From contig JADEYG010000002.1 of the NCBI GenBank assembly GCA_016906335.1, positions 124,001 to 188,000 on the forward strand: a DNA stretch of 64,000 nt. The letters are read 5' to 3'. This stretch comes from Novakomyces olei (lineage: Eukaryota). A program made the translations under genes and the position numbers. A model generated the notes under the pieces. The model had not been told where the DNA came from, ran no database searches, and worked only from the letters and a program-made list of their open reading frames with translations. Positions 12,540 to 24,548 of this stretch are shown here, in pieces. The stretch's first letter is position 1. Each line of letters starts with the position of its first letter.

Positions 12540-14751
12540 CTAATCCTCCTTTTTGTCCGCATCAGTGATTTTCCGAATATGGTCTAACATGTTTCGGCCT
12601 TGTTTGATTGCCTCTTTAACACTGGCTGAAGGGGCCACGAGTTTAGCATCGGCAAAAGGCTGCAGAGCTATGGCATCAGAAGTCGCAAGCTTGTCAGCAA
12701 TTTTGGAGCCGTAACCGAACCTTTTCAGCACGTCACGCAAATGGTGACTGCGCAAACGGTAGTCCTCACGTTTGGCTAAGAGCACACTGTTTTGTGGTAA
12801 ACGCTCACAGAATTGCTGAACAGCGTACCTCGCAATAAAAAACAAATGCTCCGACACAAGCGTGATTGCGATTACTTTGGCTAAACTGAAGTTTGTGGGG
12901 TCCCGGCTACCTCCATACAAGTAAATAAGTGCAGAGGAAGTAAGACTTGAGATCCAAACAAGGAGCGAAAGCGTTTCAAGCCAAGGGCCAATTGTCTCTG
13001 TACGTGAAGGTATTGGCCTCCGCACGTTCCCACAAATTGTGGCTGCGTCTCCACGCAACTCAATCGCGTTATGAATCAAATCAATGACTGGAGTTAAGGG
13101 CCATATTACGGAAAACATGACGAGATAACCAAATTGCACAACCATTTGCGCATAATCACCATACGTATTATACGTTTCGAGGCCAGCTTCACGTCTAATC
13201 TTCTTCATAAGCTCTGTTTCTTCCGGAGGATCGGGATACCGCGTTTCGGCCTCTTTTTGTATTTTTTGTTTCAGTTTTTTGGCCTCGGAAAACAAGATTG
13301 ATTGTGCATACGGCATCAAAAGTTTGGTAGCGAAAGCAATGACCTGCGCCGTAACAACGAAGTAAAATAATTGGTTAGAAACGCGACTCGGATTTGCTTT
13401 AAAGGTATGCAGAGGTCTTTTTTCCGACTCTGAGGATGAAAAGGCAGCTAGACCCAGAAGATCGATCTTGGGCATTATTAAATGGCCAAATGGCGTATAG
13501 ACAAAAGCAGCCAAGAACAGTGAAGCAAAAGAGGTTAGAAAATTGACAACAAAAATCTTTCTCGTATAAGAGTTGCTGTAGCTGCCATCTGTTTCATGAT
13601 TTTCGTAAAGCGTCAGGCTCTCACTAATGTGGGAATAGTATTTTGAGAATAGTGGAACGAAAATTGTGAAGAGAATTGTGGGCGAGAATGTCAAGATGCT
13701 CTTTAGCGGGCCCGCGTATACCTTAAAATTAGCATGACGATAATGAAGAAAAAGCTCAAGAAGCACAATTATTGTTGCATTTTCTTACCTCTGAAATATA
13801 GACCTCTACAGAGAAAATAAAAGTCAAAATCCCACCGAGGATCAAAAGACCGGAAAGCGCGAGTGGAAGACTGACGAATTCACGCACTGTACGCTTCCAT
13901 CCCGGAAAAACAGGCTTGATTTCGGTAGTCACAGGATCCGGGGCCTGATATTCGCCCTTGAACAAAGCTCGCCGGGTCTCGATCCGTGAACAGTGGCGTA
14001 CGCCCCAGCGAACGGCCAAATCCAATTCCTTTCTGCGCCAAAGCTCGATGAAAAACAGACCCCAAATAGAAATAAAGATGGAATAAAAAGCGGAATAACT
14101 GCCGCGCAGGAAATACGTAGCAATTCCGACTCCAGCAGGGTAGACAAGGGACCGGAAATAAAATCGAAGAAAAGCGAAATAGAGTGCAACTCTTTCACCA
14201 AAATAATCCCTAATTTCGTCCAAATCAGCATTGTCAACAAACGGCTTTGAGCTCCATTTCTGCAGCCAAGCGTGGTTGAAGTCGTCGTCGTGCAGAGGAA
14301 ATATTGAGGCCACAAAGGCCCAAGGATCATGGCCAGCAACAATACCAGCTCCGCCTTGATTCTTGGGGGCAGAAATAATCTCGTAAATGTACCGCAGTCT
14401 CTCAGCGGGGGACAGATTTGTGTCGGGCAGCACTTCACTGTTACCAGATTCTACAGACTGATCAGATCCATCAGCAGCGATGGGTATAATTTCTGCCTCA
14501 GCGGCTGTCGCTTTGATCCCATACAAATAGTCTTTTTCCCGAGCCGTCATTATAGCACTCGTGAGCCGGTCCGGTGGGCAATACACTAGTATGCCCAAAG
14601 ACACATCGTCCAAAACGCGTACTGAGCATTTGAGACCTGCATCGTAAAGCGTCTGCATAAGCAAATCTAATTGATCATCTTTGCCTTTGAACACAATCAC
14701 GTAATCAGTAACAAACTTGTGCAATCCGCTGCTTCTGCCGCCCTCCGCCAT
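12540..14751 (-). CDS. Anoctamin/TMEM16 (Ist2-like) scramblase or channel
   Basis: Two ORFs joined by intron 13788-13722 (GTAAGA..GCTAATtttAAG). Motifs include SIFPLHD, IRDYFGERVALYFAFL, DYAQMVVQFGY, ELRGDA, RPIPSR and IGPW. Confidence 0.92.
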
Positions 14752-14902
14752 TGTTTCGCTTCACTCCTTGCTTTGCAGACTAATGGCCACGGTGACACGC
14801 ATTTATTTTGTGTACATTTCGTGCCGAGTGGCCTGCGTGCATGACGTCACGTATCCATAATATGTGAGTGTGTGTTGGTACAATAATGATGGATCAAGTA
14901 TT

Positions 14903-14925
14903 ACCCTAACTAACCCTAACCCTAA
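14903..14925. promoter_or_regulatory. Telomere-like (CCCTAA) box upstream of the anoctamin gene
   Basis: ACCCTAACTAACCCTAACCCTAA about 150 bp upstream of the ATG; function is inferred. Confidence 0.45.
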
Positions 14926-15194
14926 AGATAACGGCCATAAACTGGACTTTTTCGTAGCCCAGCTGCATGAAGTACTCAAGACGGACGTTCTCCAGTCAAA
15001 GTATCAATTTAAATGGTAACTGGACGATGTCGTTGCTTTTGCAATCGCGGCTGCGTTAATTGCAATCCAGCATATAACCAATAAAATTTATATAGTGTTC
15101 CATCACATATCTACCAAGATCTATTCACCTCTATATACATATCAACAACCGCTTTCTTGAGTATACCCCACCCGTGCCTTTAATTCACCCATTG

Positions 15195-16913
15195 TTATTC
15201 ATCTTGAATGCCTTTGACGGGATGAACCAGAAGCGGTTTCCAGCATATACCATCGCCAGACTTGCGCCACAGCTCGTAAAGCCTTTGAGCATGACCGGCG
15301 TTGTAATAAAAAGTCGATTGTCCAAGTAAAGGCATTTCTATTTTATGCATATGTTTATCATTGTACATTGCATCACGAATATCGCTCGGCCATTCCCTGC
15401 CCAAATACATTGGCTGGGGGACAGACACGGCCTTCAACTGCTCTCCCTTCCTCATATAGGGAGCTTTGTCTGGATGCGTTTTCATAAATTGTTCATTGTA
15501 AAGCGTAGAGAACCTCGCAACGCTTGGCGGAAGCATTTCACAGAAAAACGTCTCCCCTCGAGCATTAAGCTCCGACATTTCGCCCAATAACTTGCGGCTC
15601 ATTCGCCCAACGGCCACAATGGCAGAACGACGGCGTGTCGCTGTTCCCGAAATGCCAACAACGTCATCGCGCCAAAGCCAAGAGCTCTTGTCAGCTTCGA
15701 TCATTGGCCCAAGGGCAATATGATCGGCTTCCCTTCCGTCTCCCCCACTTGCATTCCCTGACCACGAAGAATAATTAGGCACATAGTACCGCATAAACGG
15801 ATCGAGTTCATCTCGATCCGGAACACTCGCACTTATTGTGTCCTGGGCCCTTGAAAACTCTTCAAATTTTTTGAAAAGCAAATAGTAGTCTGTAGTACTG
15901 CGGATATCCGGCTCCCAATTGTAAACAAAGTCGTACTCCGGGTGCTGGACAGAGTACAATTCTACGGGCAAAAAGCATCCTCGATACCGACTGTTGACAG
16001 CGTATCCACGGTTCAATGGAACTCCGGGGAACGGGTACATTGCCTTTGCATAATCTTCTGTCCAAAACTCGACAAGGTCCCTCAACCCTGAGGGTACATG
16101 TTTCAGGGCTCTTTCGCGTTCCGTTGCAGATGTCAGGACAGACGCTCCACTTTTAGATTCGTACAGAAATTTGACATCGTACTCCCCGCCAGAATTGAGT
16201 ACCAGTTCCGAGATCAGGGCTAAAATATTTAAAACATTGTCCGACGTAAAAGTAAATTCATCGTAAAGGCGCAGTAACAAAACCGTTCTCGGTTTATGGG
16301 CCTTGTTCAGCTTGAAGCACTGCTGAATTGTGCCTGCCCAGTCTTGGTCTTTGCCAATGTAATCAAAGTACGGAGAAAAGCGCTGGTTGAAGGTAGAACA
16401 AGTTTCCTCAATGTTTAGCAGCCGGTATGAGCCAAAGGCAAGTTCGGGATGATCTGCTGCTGCTCTATCGTACGCTTGCGTATAGTCAATAAATTTTCCA
16501 TCAGGTCCTTTACACCGCTGTCGCGAAGAAGCAGAGTAGTCGTAAGGGTCGAGTGTTTTCTGCTCCGCTGACCGGTCGACCGACGGTTCAATGTTTGCTT
16601 TTGGCAGTTGGTCCAAATACTTTATCGGATCTTGCGGTATACCCGAAGGTTCAACTTGCTGCCGCTGACCAATAGCACTTTTCACCAGTAATACGGCAAC
16701 GAAAGCGATGACGCCGAGTAAAGAGGCGAGAAATATCCTTCGCGGAACAAGGCCACGGTACTTGCTCGTAGCAATTTCCTCATCCTCGTCCGTTTCGAGA
16801 CCGCCAAACAATCGTGCACCACGCGACGAATTCAGACGATGGTACGAGGCATTAGAAGAGAATTGCGATAGTTTACGGCCCAAAAGGCCGATTTGTAGTC
16901 GAAGTTTATCCAT
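15195..16913 (-). CDS. DUF3405-family type II membrane protein
   Basis: 572-aa intronless ORF with one N-terminal TM segment. RTVLLLR..LALISELVLNSGGEYDV, HPEYDFVYNWEPDIRST, RMSRKLL and LVHPVK match my recollection of the fungal DUF3405 family. Confidence 0.75.
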   Translation of the reverse strand: MDKLRLQIGLLGRKLSQFSSNASYHRLNSSRGARLFGGLETDEDEEIATSKYRGLVPRRIFLASLLGVIAFVAVLLVKSAIGQRQQVEPSGIPQDPIKYLDQLPKANIEPSVDRSAEQKTLDPYDYSASSRQRCKGPDGKFIDYTQAYDRAAADHPELAFGSYRLLNIEETCSTFNQRFSPYFDYIGKDQDWAGTIQQCFKLNKAHKPRTVLLLRLYDEFTFTSDNVLNILALISELVLNSGGEYDVKFLYESKSGASVLTSATERERALKHVPSGLRDLVEFWTEDYAKAMYPFPGVPLNRGYAVNSRYRGCFLPVELYSVQHPEYDFVYNWEPDIRSTTDYYLLFKKFEEFSRAQDTISASVPDRDELDPFMRYYVPNYSSWSGNASGGDGREADHIALGPMIEADKSSWLWRDDVVGISGTATRRRSAIVAVGRMSRKLLGEMSELNARGETFFCEMLPPSVARFSTLYNEQFMKTHPDKAPYMRKGEQLKAVSVPQPMYLGREWPSDIRDAMYNDKHMHKIEMPLLGQSTFYYNAGHAQRLYELWRKSGDGICWKPLLVHPVKGIQDE

Positions 16914-17612
16914 GCCTTGAAGCTGTCAGGACCGCGACAGACTGAAAAGGTTCCAATTCGAACGAGCAATTGATCCGCTGCCGAGCAATATGCGTATTTA
17001 CCACCAATTGAGTTGCATCTTGTCGGACAGAATTCCTTAGGCTCACGAGTGATCGTTTGCTATACTTTTAAATCTCCAACCAAATTGAAATTAGCTTGTC
17101 GCTTGACTTTGCCAGCTCTGTCATTTAATATTAAAAAAATTACTTATTTTCGCTGTCGTCCGCAATAGCTGTCATCTATTATCATTCAGTTTTATTGACA
17201 AAAGCAGGTACACAGCGCTATAATTATGGTCAAGTATTAATTATATTATATGCATCGACTGGGATCAAGGACATCTAGAAAACAAATACCGCGTTTAATT
17301 GAAAGACATAGAGAATAAATACAAGTATTTCTAGTAATACTGCTATGAGAAATATCTACAGGTTCTAACCCTGCCACGTGATTCCGAGTAGAGAAAGCTA
17401 AAGAGTGTTGTCTTTAACTTTAAGCAGAAAATTAGATTTGATAGTTTGTTTGTGCACTTTTACTTCATCAACACCGAGCATTATGCATACAATCTTGAGC
17501 GGTAACGAAACAAATTGTTATTGGTAATAAAATGAGTATATCTAGAAATAAATCGTAAAAGCCAGGTACCTGTTTCGAAATTAGGGTTAATATTTTATGA
17601 ATAAATGAATAA

Positions 17613-17663
17613 TAAATATTAAATATTAAATATTAAATATTAAATATTAAATATTAAATATTA
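17613..17663. repeat. (TAAATAT)n repeat in the divergent DUF3405/MFS intergenic region
   Basis: Seen directly. Confidence 0.9.
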
Positions 17664-17838
17664 CAAACGACGCAATGCAATGCCGATAGCTTCGTCTCCT
17701 GGATCAGTTCTGTTTGAACATCGAGCAGAGGTCAAGGCGATATGAGACGCGACCTTATTATAAGCTCGCCCCTATCATCGTGCGTCTATACTGGACGTGT
17801 ATTGCATAACGTTGCTTCAAGCACAGATCCGAAGAGAG

Positions 17839-17911
17839 CGGAATAAACGCGGAATAAATTGGGTATTGCCAACTTTAATTGATGATTGAGCAGATACGCA
17901 GCGTCTATAAA
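17839..17911 (+). promoter_or_regulatory. MFS promoter: two CGGAATAA motifs (17839, 17850) and TATAAA (17906)
   Basis: The motifs are read directly; the same motif recurs in the other cluster promoters. Confidence 0.6.
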
Positions 17912-17965
17912 GAAGAATTCCTTCCACATGTCTAAAGAACAGAACCTCCATTGCATGCAAGACCA

Positions 17966-19432
17966 ATGGACTTGCAAGCCAAAGGGCTGTCCAGCTCGGC
18001 GCTCGCGATATCGTCCATACCGCAGCCACCAGAAATCTTGAAAAAAAGCATGTTCAAACGGCCTCGCTTATGTTTGATCAACCGTAGAGCCGATTCCCAT
18101 ACGTACTCGACGCTTGTAAAAAGCCTTATCGTCTTACAAGTCGGCCTATCTGCAATGATGGCCCCCTTTGGTGGCAGTGTGATTCTGCCTGCTGCCGATA
18201 ATGTCGCAAAGTCACTGCACTGCTCGAAGGCTGCTATAAGTATCTCCTACGGCATATACATATTGTCCCTTGGAGTATTCCCGTTATGGTGGTCATCGGC
18301 CTCAGAGCTGTTTGGGAGAAGGATTGTTTATCTTTTGTCTTTTACTATTTACACTGGATTTTCTGTAGCTTGTGCTTTGTCCCAAACAATGGGCCAACTG
18401 ACGGGGTTTCGATTGTGTGCGGGTGGAGCAGCAGCGTCTGTTCAGGCTGTTGGCGCTGGTACAATAAGCGATATCTTTATGCGTGAACAACGAGGCCGCG
18501 CTTTGGGTTATTTTTACCTTGGTCCTCTACTCGGTGCTCTGCTGTCTCCGATATGTGGAGGCATTTTAACGCAGGCTTTTGGCTGGAGATCAACGCAATG
18601 GCTGCTTGTAATCATGGGGGGCTCGCTTTTAATATTCATGGCTCTATTGCTACCGGAAACACTGGCCATGACAGATTTACAAGAGGATCAAAAGCTGCAC
18701 GTTCGTGAAATTATGGAAAGAATCCTTGTCCGGCCTTTGCGAGCATTCAAACTTTTGCGCTTGCCTTCCATTTCGCTCATAATTGCTTGCTCTACTTTTT
18801 GTTATTTCTGCCTGTATTTTTTGACGATATCTATACAGATCACTTATTCTTCCAGCCCGTATGAGTTCAGGCCCTTGATTGTCGGATTGCTATTTATCCC
18901 GAATTCCATTGGCTATGTGATTTCGTCTATTTTGAATGGAATGTATAGCGATTATTTGATCAAGAAAAGGCAGAATAATACTGCAGATTCTCCGGAAAGG
19001 CTGGAAAAATCGCAGCAAGTCAGTGCTCCAGAAGACAGACTCTCGCTTCTTTTTCTTGTTTCTTGCATCGCCTATCCTCTTTCATTGGCTTACTTTGGAT
19101 GGACGGCAAATAAGGGTCTCTTGTGGATTGTTCCTTTGGTCGGAACATTTATTTTTGGTCTTTTTTCCATGGTTATCTTTGGCACTACTATGACGTATTT
19201 AGTCGATATTCTTCCCGGCTCTTCATCTTCAGGTGTCGCCCTAAACAATTTTTTTCGTATGGCATTTGCGGGAATTTCAATTTTTATTGCTAATCCAGCA
19301 ATTGACGCCATCGGTTCGGGTTGGATGTTTACAATATTAGCGGTAGTCGGATTGTGTCTAGTGCCAATTCCGATCATATTAAAGCTAAAGGCACGCACTT
19401 GGCGAAAGATTATACCTTTGAACACCGCTTGA
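17966..19432 (+). CDS. MFS drug:H+ antiporter-1 (Dtr1/Qdr-like) transporter
   Basis: About 12 TM segments, motif A (SELFGRR), GTISDIF..EQRGRALG, GPLLG...GG, GWRSTQW and LPETL. The first in-frame ATG is at 17966. Confidence 0.9.
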   Translation: MDLQAKGLSSSALAISSIPQPPEILKKSMFKRPRLCLINRRADSHTYSTLVKSLIVLQVGLSAMMAPFGGSVILPAADNVAKSLHCSKAAISISYGIYILSLGVFPLWWSSASELFGRRIVYLLSFTIYTGFSVACALSQTMGQLTGFRLCAGGAAASVQAVGAGTISDIFMREQRGRALGYFYLGPLLGALLSPICGGILTQAFGWRSTQWLLVIMGGSLLIFMALLLPETLAMTDLQEDQKLHVREIMERILVRPLRAFKLLRLPSISLIIACSTFCYFCLYFLTISIQITYSSSPYEFRPLIVGLLFIPNSIGYVISSILNGMYSDYLIKKRQNNTADSPERLEKSQQVSAPEDRLSLLFLVSCIAYPLSLAYFGWTANKGLLWIVPLVGTFIFGLFSMVIFGTTMTYLVDILPGSSSSGVALNNFFRMAFAGISIFIANPAIDAIGSGWMFTILAVVGLCLVPIPIILKLKARTWRKIIPLNTA

Positions 19433-19920
19433 AGATCCTTTTGAATTTTGGCAAAATAGGGGATTCAGGTGGGAGTGAACAAAACAAGGAACGAAACAGA
19501 GCTAATTGGGGAATGAACAATTTTTATTAGAAACAAAGTAAAGATTTGAAAACAAAAAATAATTTGGTGATATCAACTTTGTGGTTGTTTGAAATGCATC
19601 AATGTAGATAGATATATTTTGTCAAGGCGCCGATTTAGATTTTAATAAAAGGTACGGTATTAGCCAATTGTGGTTACTTTACAATCACTTGGAAAATTAC
19701 CAATTATTTCTGGCTTCCATGAAACGAACTGAACATTAATATACGCGCAGCAAAAGCAGTAGCCTGCAAATGTCTGTAGATTTTATTTTATTTTATTTTA
19801 AGGTTATTATGAAAAGAACACTAGGCTTGCTTCTAATCCTATGATGGAACTAATGTTATGAAATAATGACCTTTAATGAATATTATCGAAAAACGAAATA
19901 TTAACTATTTAATACTATGC

Positions 19921-21921
19921 CTAATCTACCATCCTTTTGCTCTCGGTAATATCCGATTTCAAATTTACGGAAGAAACCCGCTCAGGAGCTTCCGAGCCGA
20001 CGACCATTTTTGGGACTTTGCCTGTGGCAATATATCGACAGACCTGCACGATCGAAGACCAGCTCTCGTATATAGGAAAAACAATAATGTAGATTGTCAC
20101 CAAAATGAGCCAAACGAAAATGATAACAATCCACGCGGTGAACATGGGTTTCGAGCACGTCCATTTCGAACCGTAAATGGGCATGGGCAAGATAATCATA
20201 GTCACAAGGAGATAGGAAACGGCAATCCATCGGCCCCAAACAACGGTGCTCTTGAGCCGTTTGTACTCTTTACCATAAACATCTATTTCCATAGCAGCAA
20301 GTTCTTCTGCCGTAGCATCATTGGCAGCAGTAAACTTGTGTATTAAAGCAGCCTCCTCCAAATGGCCCGGTCGAAACAACGACAATACAAGAGCGTAAAT
20401 TGGGCCAGACAGTAGGGCAACAAAATTTGCAGTCAGTGTGGCATTCGGATTGACTAGTGTGTGCACATTTAGAGACCCATCGGGAGAGAAGTGGTAGGCA
20501 GATCCAATCCAAACTGCCACCCCAGTAGCCGTTCCCAACGGAGCACCAATCACGAGACCCCATTTGTTCATGCGCCGCCAAAAAACAGTCATTACAAGAA
20601 CCGGGACAGAAGGCGCCAAGATAATGCCTTTAAAAGAAATAATCCAGCCGACATTTACCCCCACATAGTTAAACCAGGTGGCAAACGAGCCCATAATGGC
20701 GCCAAAAGCAATAACACAGAAATGCGAGACCCAAACCAGCGTCTTCCCGGAAGCCATTTTATCGTAGTATTCCCGGTACAAATCATATGTACAAATAGAC
20801 GAGAAGGCCACCAGTTCTGCCGACATGGCTGAAGTTACAGACATAAAGAGCATTACAAGTGCTGCTGCGGCCCCGCTTGTGCCAAACATGGCCGCCATGC
20901 CATAGAATAAAGGCATGCCGGCAGCTGCTTGACCCGGAGTCAATACGTGCGGGTAGCTAAAGAGAACCGGGTTGTTCAAAAGAGCACGGGTGGCAAGACC
21001 AGCAGAGCTGCCCAGGGACCAGGGAATTATGAACCAGCAAACACCGCCCAGCAAATAACCCTTAAACACTCCATGAGCAGAGGCAGAAATAGCCTTTTGT
21101 CCATAGCTCGGGTCACCAAAGACGGTCACAAAGCCACCAATAAGAGCAGACCAGGCAGTTTTAACTACAGCGGAATTGCTCATGGTCAAGTAGCTGCCTC
21201 CATGTCCAGAACTTGGGTGCAGGGCGGCCGCCTGCTCCAATAAATCATACATTCGGGCCGGTGAGCCGATACTGTTTGAAGTTGTGTACACGGCAAACAT
21301 TGTGCACAGGATAATAATGTAAATAATGACAGTATGGATCCAGTCGGAGATAAAAGTAGCCTTTATGCCACCAAACACAGTGTAAAAAGTTACGCCAACA
21401 GGGAGCAAAAGGCACCCGGCCACAACGTGCATCCCGGTGGCATTGGCAAAGCCCTGGGCACCGCCTAGCAACAGAGTAGCCGCCACCATAATATTAACGG
21501 CGAGACAGTAGCAGAGGTAGACAATGTGGCCGGCTCTGCCAAAGCGAGCGCGGACAATTTCGGCCACTGTATGAGCGCCAGGCGCGACTAGCTTCATCTC
21601 AACAGCCAAACAGGCAAAGCAGACAACTTGGACCGATCCGATCATAGCGTACCAGTAAACACCAGCAACTCCGTATGTATAGCTCCAATTTCCAGACAGC
21701 AAAAAGGTCGCTGGCCACGCCCAACTGGAAACAACCGCGGACGAAATCAAACCTGTTTTGACTGATCGAGAAGCAGTTGTAAACTGCTCCGAGTCTTGTA
21801 CTTCGCCAGTATAGCGCTTGAGAATCCACGTTATCCCGACCATCATTAGGGCAAAAGCACCTCCCAGCGCCAGTGCAAACGTATACCCATAGACTTGGCC
21901 CAGGATGTAAGCTTGAGGCAT
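19921..21921 (-). CDS. DUR3: Dur3-like urea/polyamine transporter, sodium:solute symporter family
   Basis: 666-aa intronless ORF with ASRSVKTGLISSAVVSSWAWPAT, APGAHTVAEIVRARFG, GGIKATFISDWIHT and FMSVTSAMSAELVAFSSICTYDLYR. Confidence 0.9.
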   Translation of the reverse strand: MPQAYILGQVYGYTFALALGGAFALMMVGITWILKRYTGEVQDSEQFTTASRSVKTGLISSAVVSSWAWPATFLLSGNWSYTYGVAGVYWYAMIGSVQVVCFACLAVEMKLVAPGAHTVAEIVRARFGRAGHIVYLCYCLAVNIMVAATLLLGGAQGFANATGMHVVAGCLLLPVGVTFYTVFGGIKATFISDWIHTVIIYIIILCTMFAVYTTSNSIGSPARMYDLLEQAAALHPSSGHGGSYLTMSNSAVVKTAWSALIGGFVTVFGDPSYGQKAISASAHGVFKGYLLGGVCWFIIPWSLGSSAGLATRALLNNPVLFSYPHVLTPGQAAAGMPLFYGMAAMFGTSGAAAALVMLFMSVTSAMSAELVAFSSICTYDLYREYYDKMASGKTLVWVSHFCVIAFGAIMGSFATWFNYVGVNVGWIISFKGIILAPSVPVLVMTVFWRRMNKWGLVIGAPLGTATGVAVWIGSAYHFSPDGSLNVHTLVNPNATLTANFVALLSGPIYALVLSLFRPGHLEEAALIHKFTAANDATAEELAAMEIDVYGKEYKRLKSTVVWGRWIAVSYLLVTMIILPMPIYGSKWTCSKPMFTAWIVIIFVWLILVTIYIIVFPIYESWSSIVQVCRYIATGKVPKMVVGSEAPERVSSVNLKSDITESKRMVD

Positions 21922-22177
21922 GGCGAAAAGACGTAGACGCTTTTATTTTATTTTATTTTATTTAATTGTTTTTTCGCAATTAATCGGTCAGTCTGCTGGT
22001 CTGCAAAGAAGCAGCCTGAATAGTCGCAGCCGAGCTTTTGTCCATCGAGAGCAGTCAGAGGTCTATATACCCGACGAAACTGTCTTTTGGCTGATACAGC
22101 GGCCAGAACGATCGTTTTACGTTTTCTGTTTTCGAGGTTTTTTTCTTTTAGGATTTTTACGTTCTTTCCCCATAGGG

Positions 22178-22287
22178 CTTATCTTATTGCGCATACCTGT
22201 CAAAAGTCGTCGCCGATAAGAGACGGAATAATCACGGAATAATCGCGGAATAATCACGGAATATATACAGTTTGCAGAGTTGATAAG
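22178..22287. promoter_or_regulatory. Divergent DUR3-like/TF promoter: four CGGAATA motifs at an 11-bp period plus GATA sites
   Basis: CGGAATA at 22224, 22235, 22246 and 22257; GATAAG at 22215 and 22282; CTTATC at 22178. Confidence 0.7.
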
Positions 22288-22358
22288 GGTGTTGGACGGT
22301 TCGCGCGACTAAACTCTTGAATTGCTTCGCTTGCAATTGGGATTTTCCGCTGGTGCGA

Positions 22359-24548
22359 ATGCCGCGAAGCACAAGCGACTCTGAGCCGGGTTCGTTGACA
22401 AAATTTCCAAAACGGTCGGGGAAAGCATGTGAAAACTGCAGGCGACGAAGAATCAAGGTGTGCCTATTGCTTTTGTGCCTATTTCTTTTGTGCTCATTAC
22501 TTTGTGCCTATTACTTTTGCATTGCCTATTGCTGACTTGGATGTAGTGCTCGGGAGGCGGACAGGTGTGTTGTAATTGCCTCAAGCTTAATATCCGCTGT
22601 ACTTATCGTCCGTCTTACAGAGCGAAAAGCGGCAATGGCTCACGGCTGCGTTCAAGGTACATTCTGGTATATGAGTTTGCTTTCTGACGGCTTTTAAGTT
22701 CGGAATCAGCAGACGATTTGGCGCAGCCGATCAATGCGCACCGCAATAGTAGCGTAGGCAGTGATGACGCATCGAAATCGCCATATTATGGTATGGAACA
22801 TGAGCAATTGCACATACCGTTTCCGTTTCTTATTCTCCTATTCAGAGTATTGCTCGCGTGTGACCTCTTTCCTTGACCCCCAACTTTGCGTACTTTATTC
22901 TTCTTATTTTCATGGCGCACTAATGGTATTAGGCCCGTCTAGCCATCGCTATTTCTTGTCAAAGCTATACTCTTACATGAACGCACGCAACCCTCAGAGT
23001 AACGCGTTCAAAAAGTTCCTCTCGCAGCCCAATCCTGAAACGAGCACTACAACCCAGAATGAAAATTATATGGCTAGCATCGAGCTTGATGAGCTAGAGA
23101 TGCTCCAGGTCCTGAAAAACTCGTTTCAAGGCTTTGATTTGATTATAGCTTTGGTGGACCAAGAACAGTATGAAGCAACTGCATCACGGTTGTGGCAAAC
23201 AAAATCACAGATTGCCGATGGGAAAAAGAGCTCGGAACTCTCGCTTTTATTTGCCATGATATGCCTTGGGTTAAGTATGAACTGTTGCCAGTCATTTATA
23301 AGGGAAATTCATCGCAGCGTTTGGCTCTCCGTGTACATGAAGCGGGCACAAACCCGGCTGCCTTCGATGCTTGATACTTTTGATGTGACTACGGTCCAGG
23401 CGTACATTTTATGCAGCATTCTTCTTATTTTTCAGGCACACAATGACTCTGCTTACTTGTACGTGGGCTGTGCTGTGAGAATGGCAATTGCTCTGGGATT
23501 TCATAGTATAAACGTGCACAAAACTGAAATTGCGCAAATTCAGGCTGCTGGCCATAGGACCTGGGTGGCGTGCTGTGTCTGGGAAAACATGATCTCTATA
23601 ATCATGGGCCGACCGAGCATTAGCGCCAAAATTGCAATGGCTCCTTTTGTTGGCGACGCGTTCGAGCAAGTTGGTCTATCTGCGGGGCACGTACGTGTGC
23701 GGTACTTGTACGTGACAAAAATCGTAGATCGAATAAACTCTATATACAATGACGCCGAGGGCCAGAGTGATTTGGTGCACGTGTACACATCCGTTTGTAA
23801 TGTTGCGCAAGATATGGAAGCCATACTTGACGAGGCTCCATTGCATTTACGGATTAAAGACGTCAACGAGTTGGCCACGGTTAATGACGAACAATGCCGA
23901 GAATGGTTTTGGATACGGCTACTCTACCTTCAAATCAAGCTGATCATGCTTCGGCCTTTTCTTGTGTTTTCTATGTATTTCAATGGCAAGAGCGACGATC
24001 AGCTAGATCCGCAAGTTCAGAATCTGATAAGAATTGGCCGTGAAGAGTGCCTGGAGACGGCTATATCGATTCCTAAGCTTTTGAGAATGGTGGCACATAG
24101 AATTGCACAATTCCAGCATCACTGGTTTGCCTGCAGATATGTGGAGCCGGCAGCCATGATTTTGTTTTTCTACATTTTGACAAGCCCGGCAAGCATATCG
24201 GACGCTCTTGCTTTTCGGATTAGCTCTGCTCTCACCGACGCGTGCTCGTACATCGGTGTTGAAGCCGACGCAGTCCCTGTCGTTGCCCAGTCAAAGACTG
24301 TTGTTACAGACGCATTAAATTCTCTGCAAAGTTTGAGGGAAACGCAACTGTCCTTTGATGATTCCTACCTGCGATCTTTCTTTGCTACAGCTTCGACTGA
24401 AAGCGCCGGGCAAGACGCTTCCCTACGATTTTCAAATGAAGAACCCTTGAGAAACGATGGCATCAATGTCCATTTGGACACAGAAATCTGGGACACGGAG
24501 AGTTTTTGGCTGCAGACTTTGAGTATTCTGGGGTTCAATCAGGCCTGA
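22359..24548 (+). CDS. Zn(II)2Cys6 transcription factor with a fungal-specific middle homology region
   Basis: The zinc cluster is split by intron 22458-22546 and reads CENCRRRRIK|CSGGGQVCCNCLKLNIRC. Further introns lie at about 22657-22698 and 22791-22932. These are followed by YYGPSS, AVRMAIALGFH, RTWVAC and MGRPS. Confidence 0.92.

Noticed and set aside
13722-13788. Apparent frameshift between the two anoctamin ORFs
   Set aside because: Explained by a canonical 67-nt intron with a branch site.
22224-22264. CRISPR-like or transposon-end repeat
   Set aside because: Short contiguous units without spacers in a eukaryotic promoter, and no cas or transposase gene nearby.
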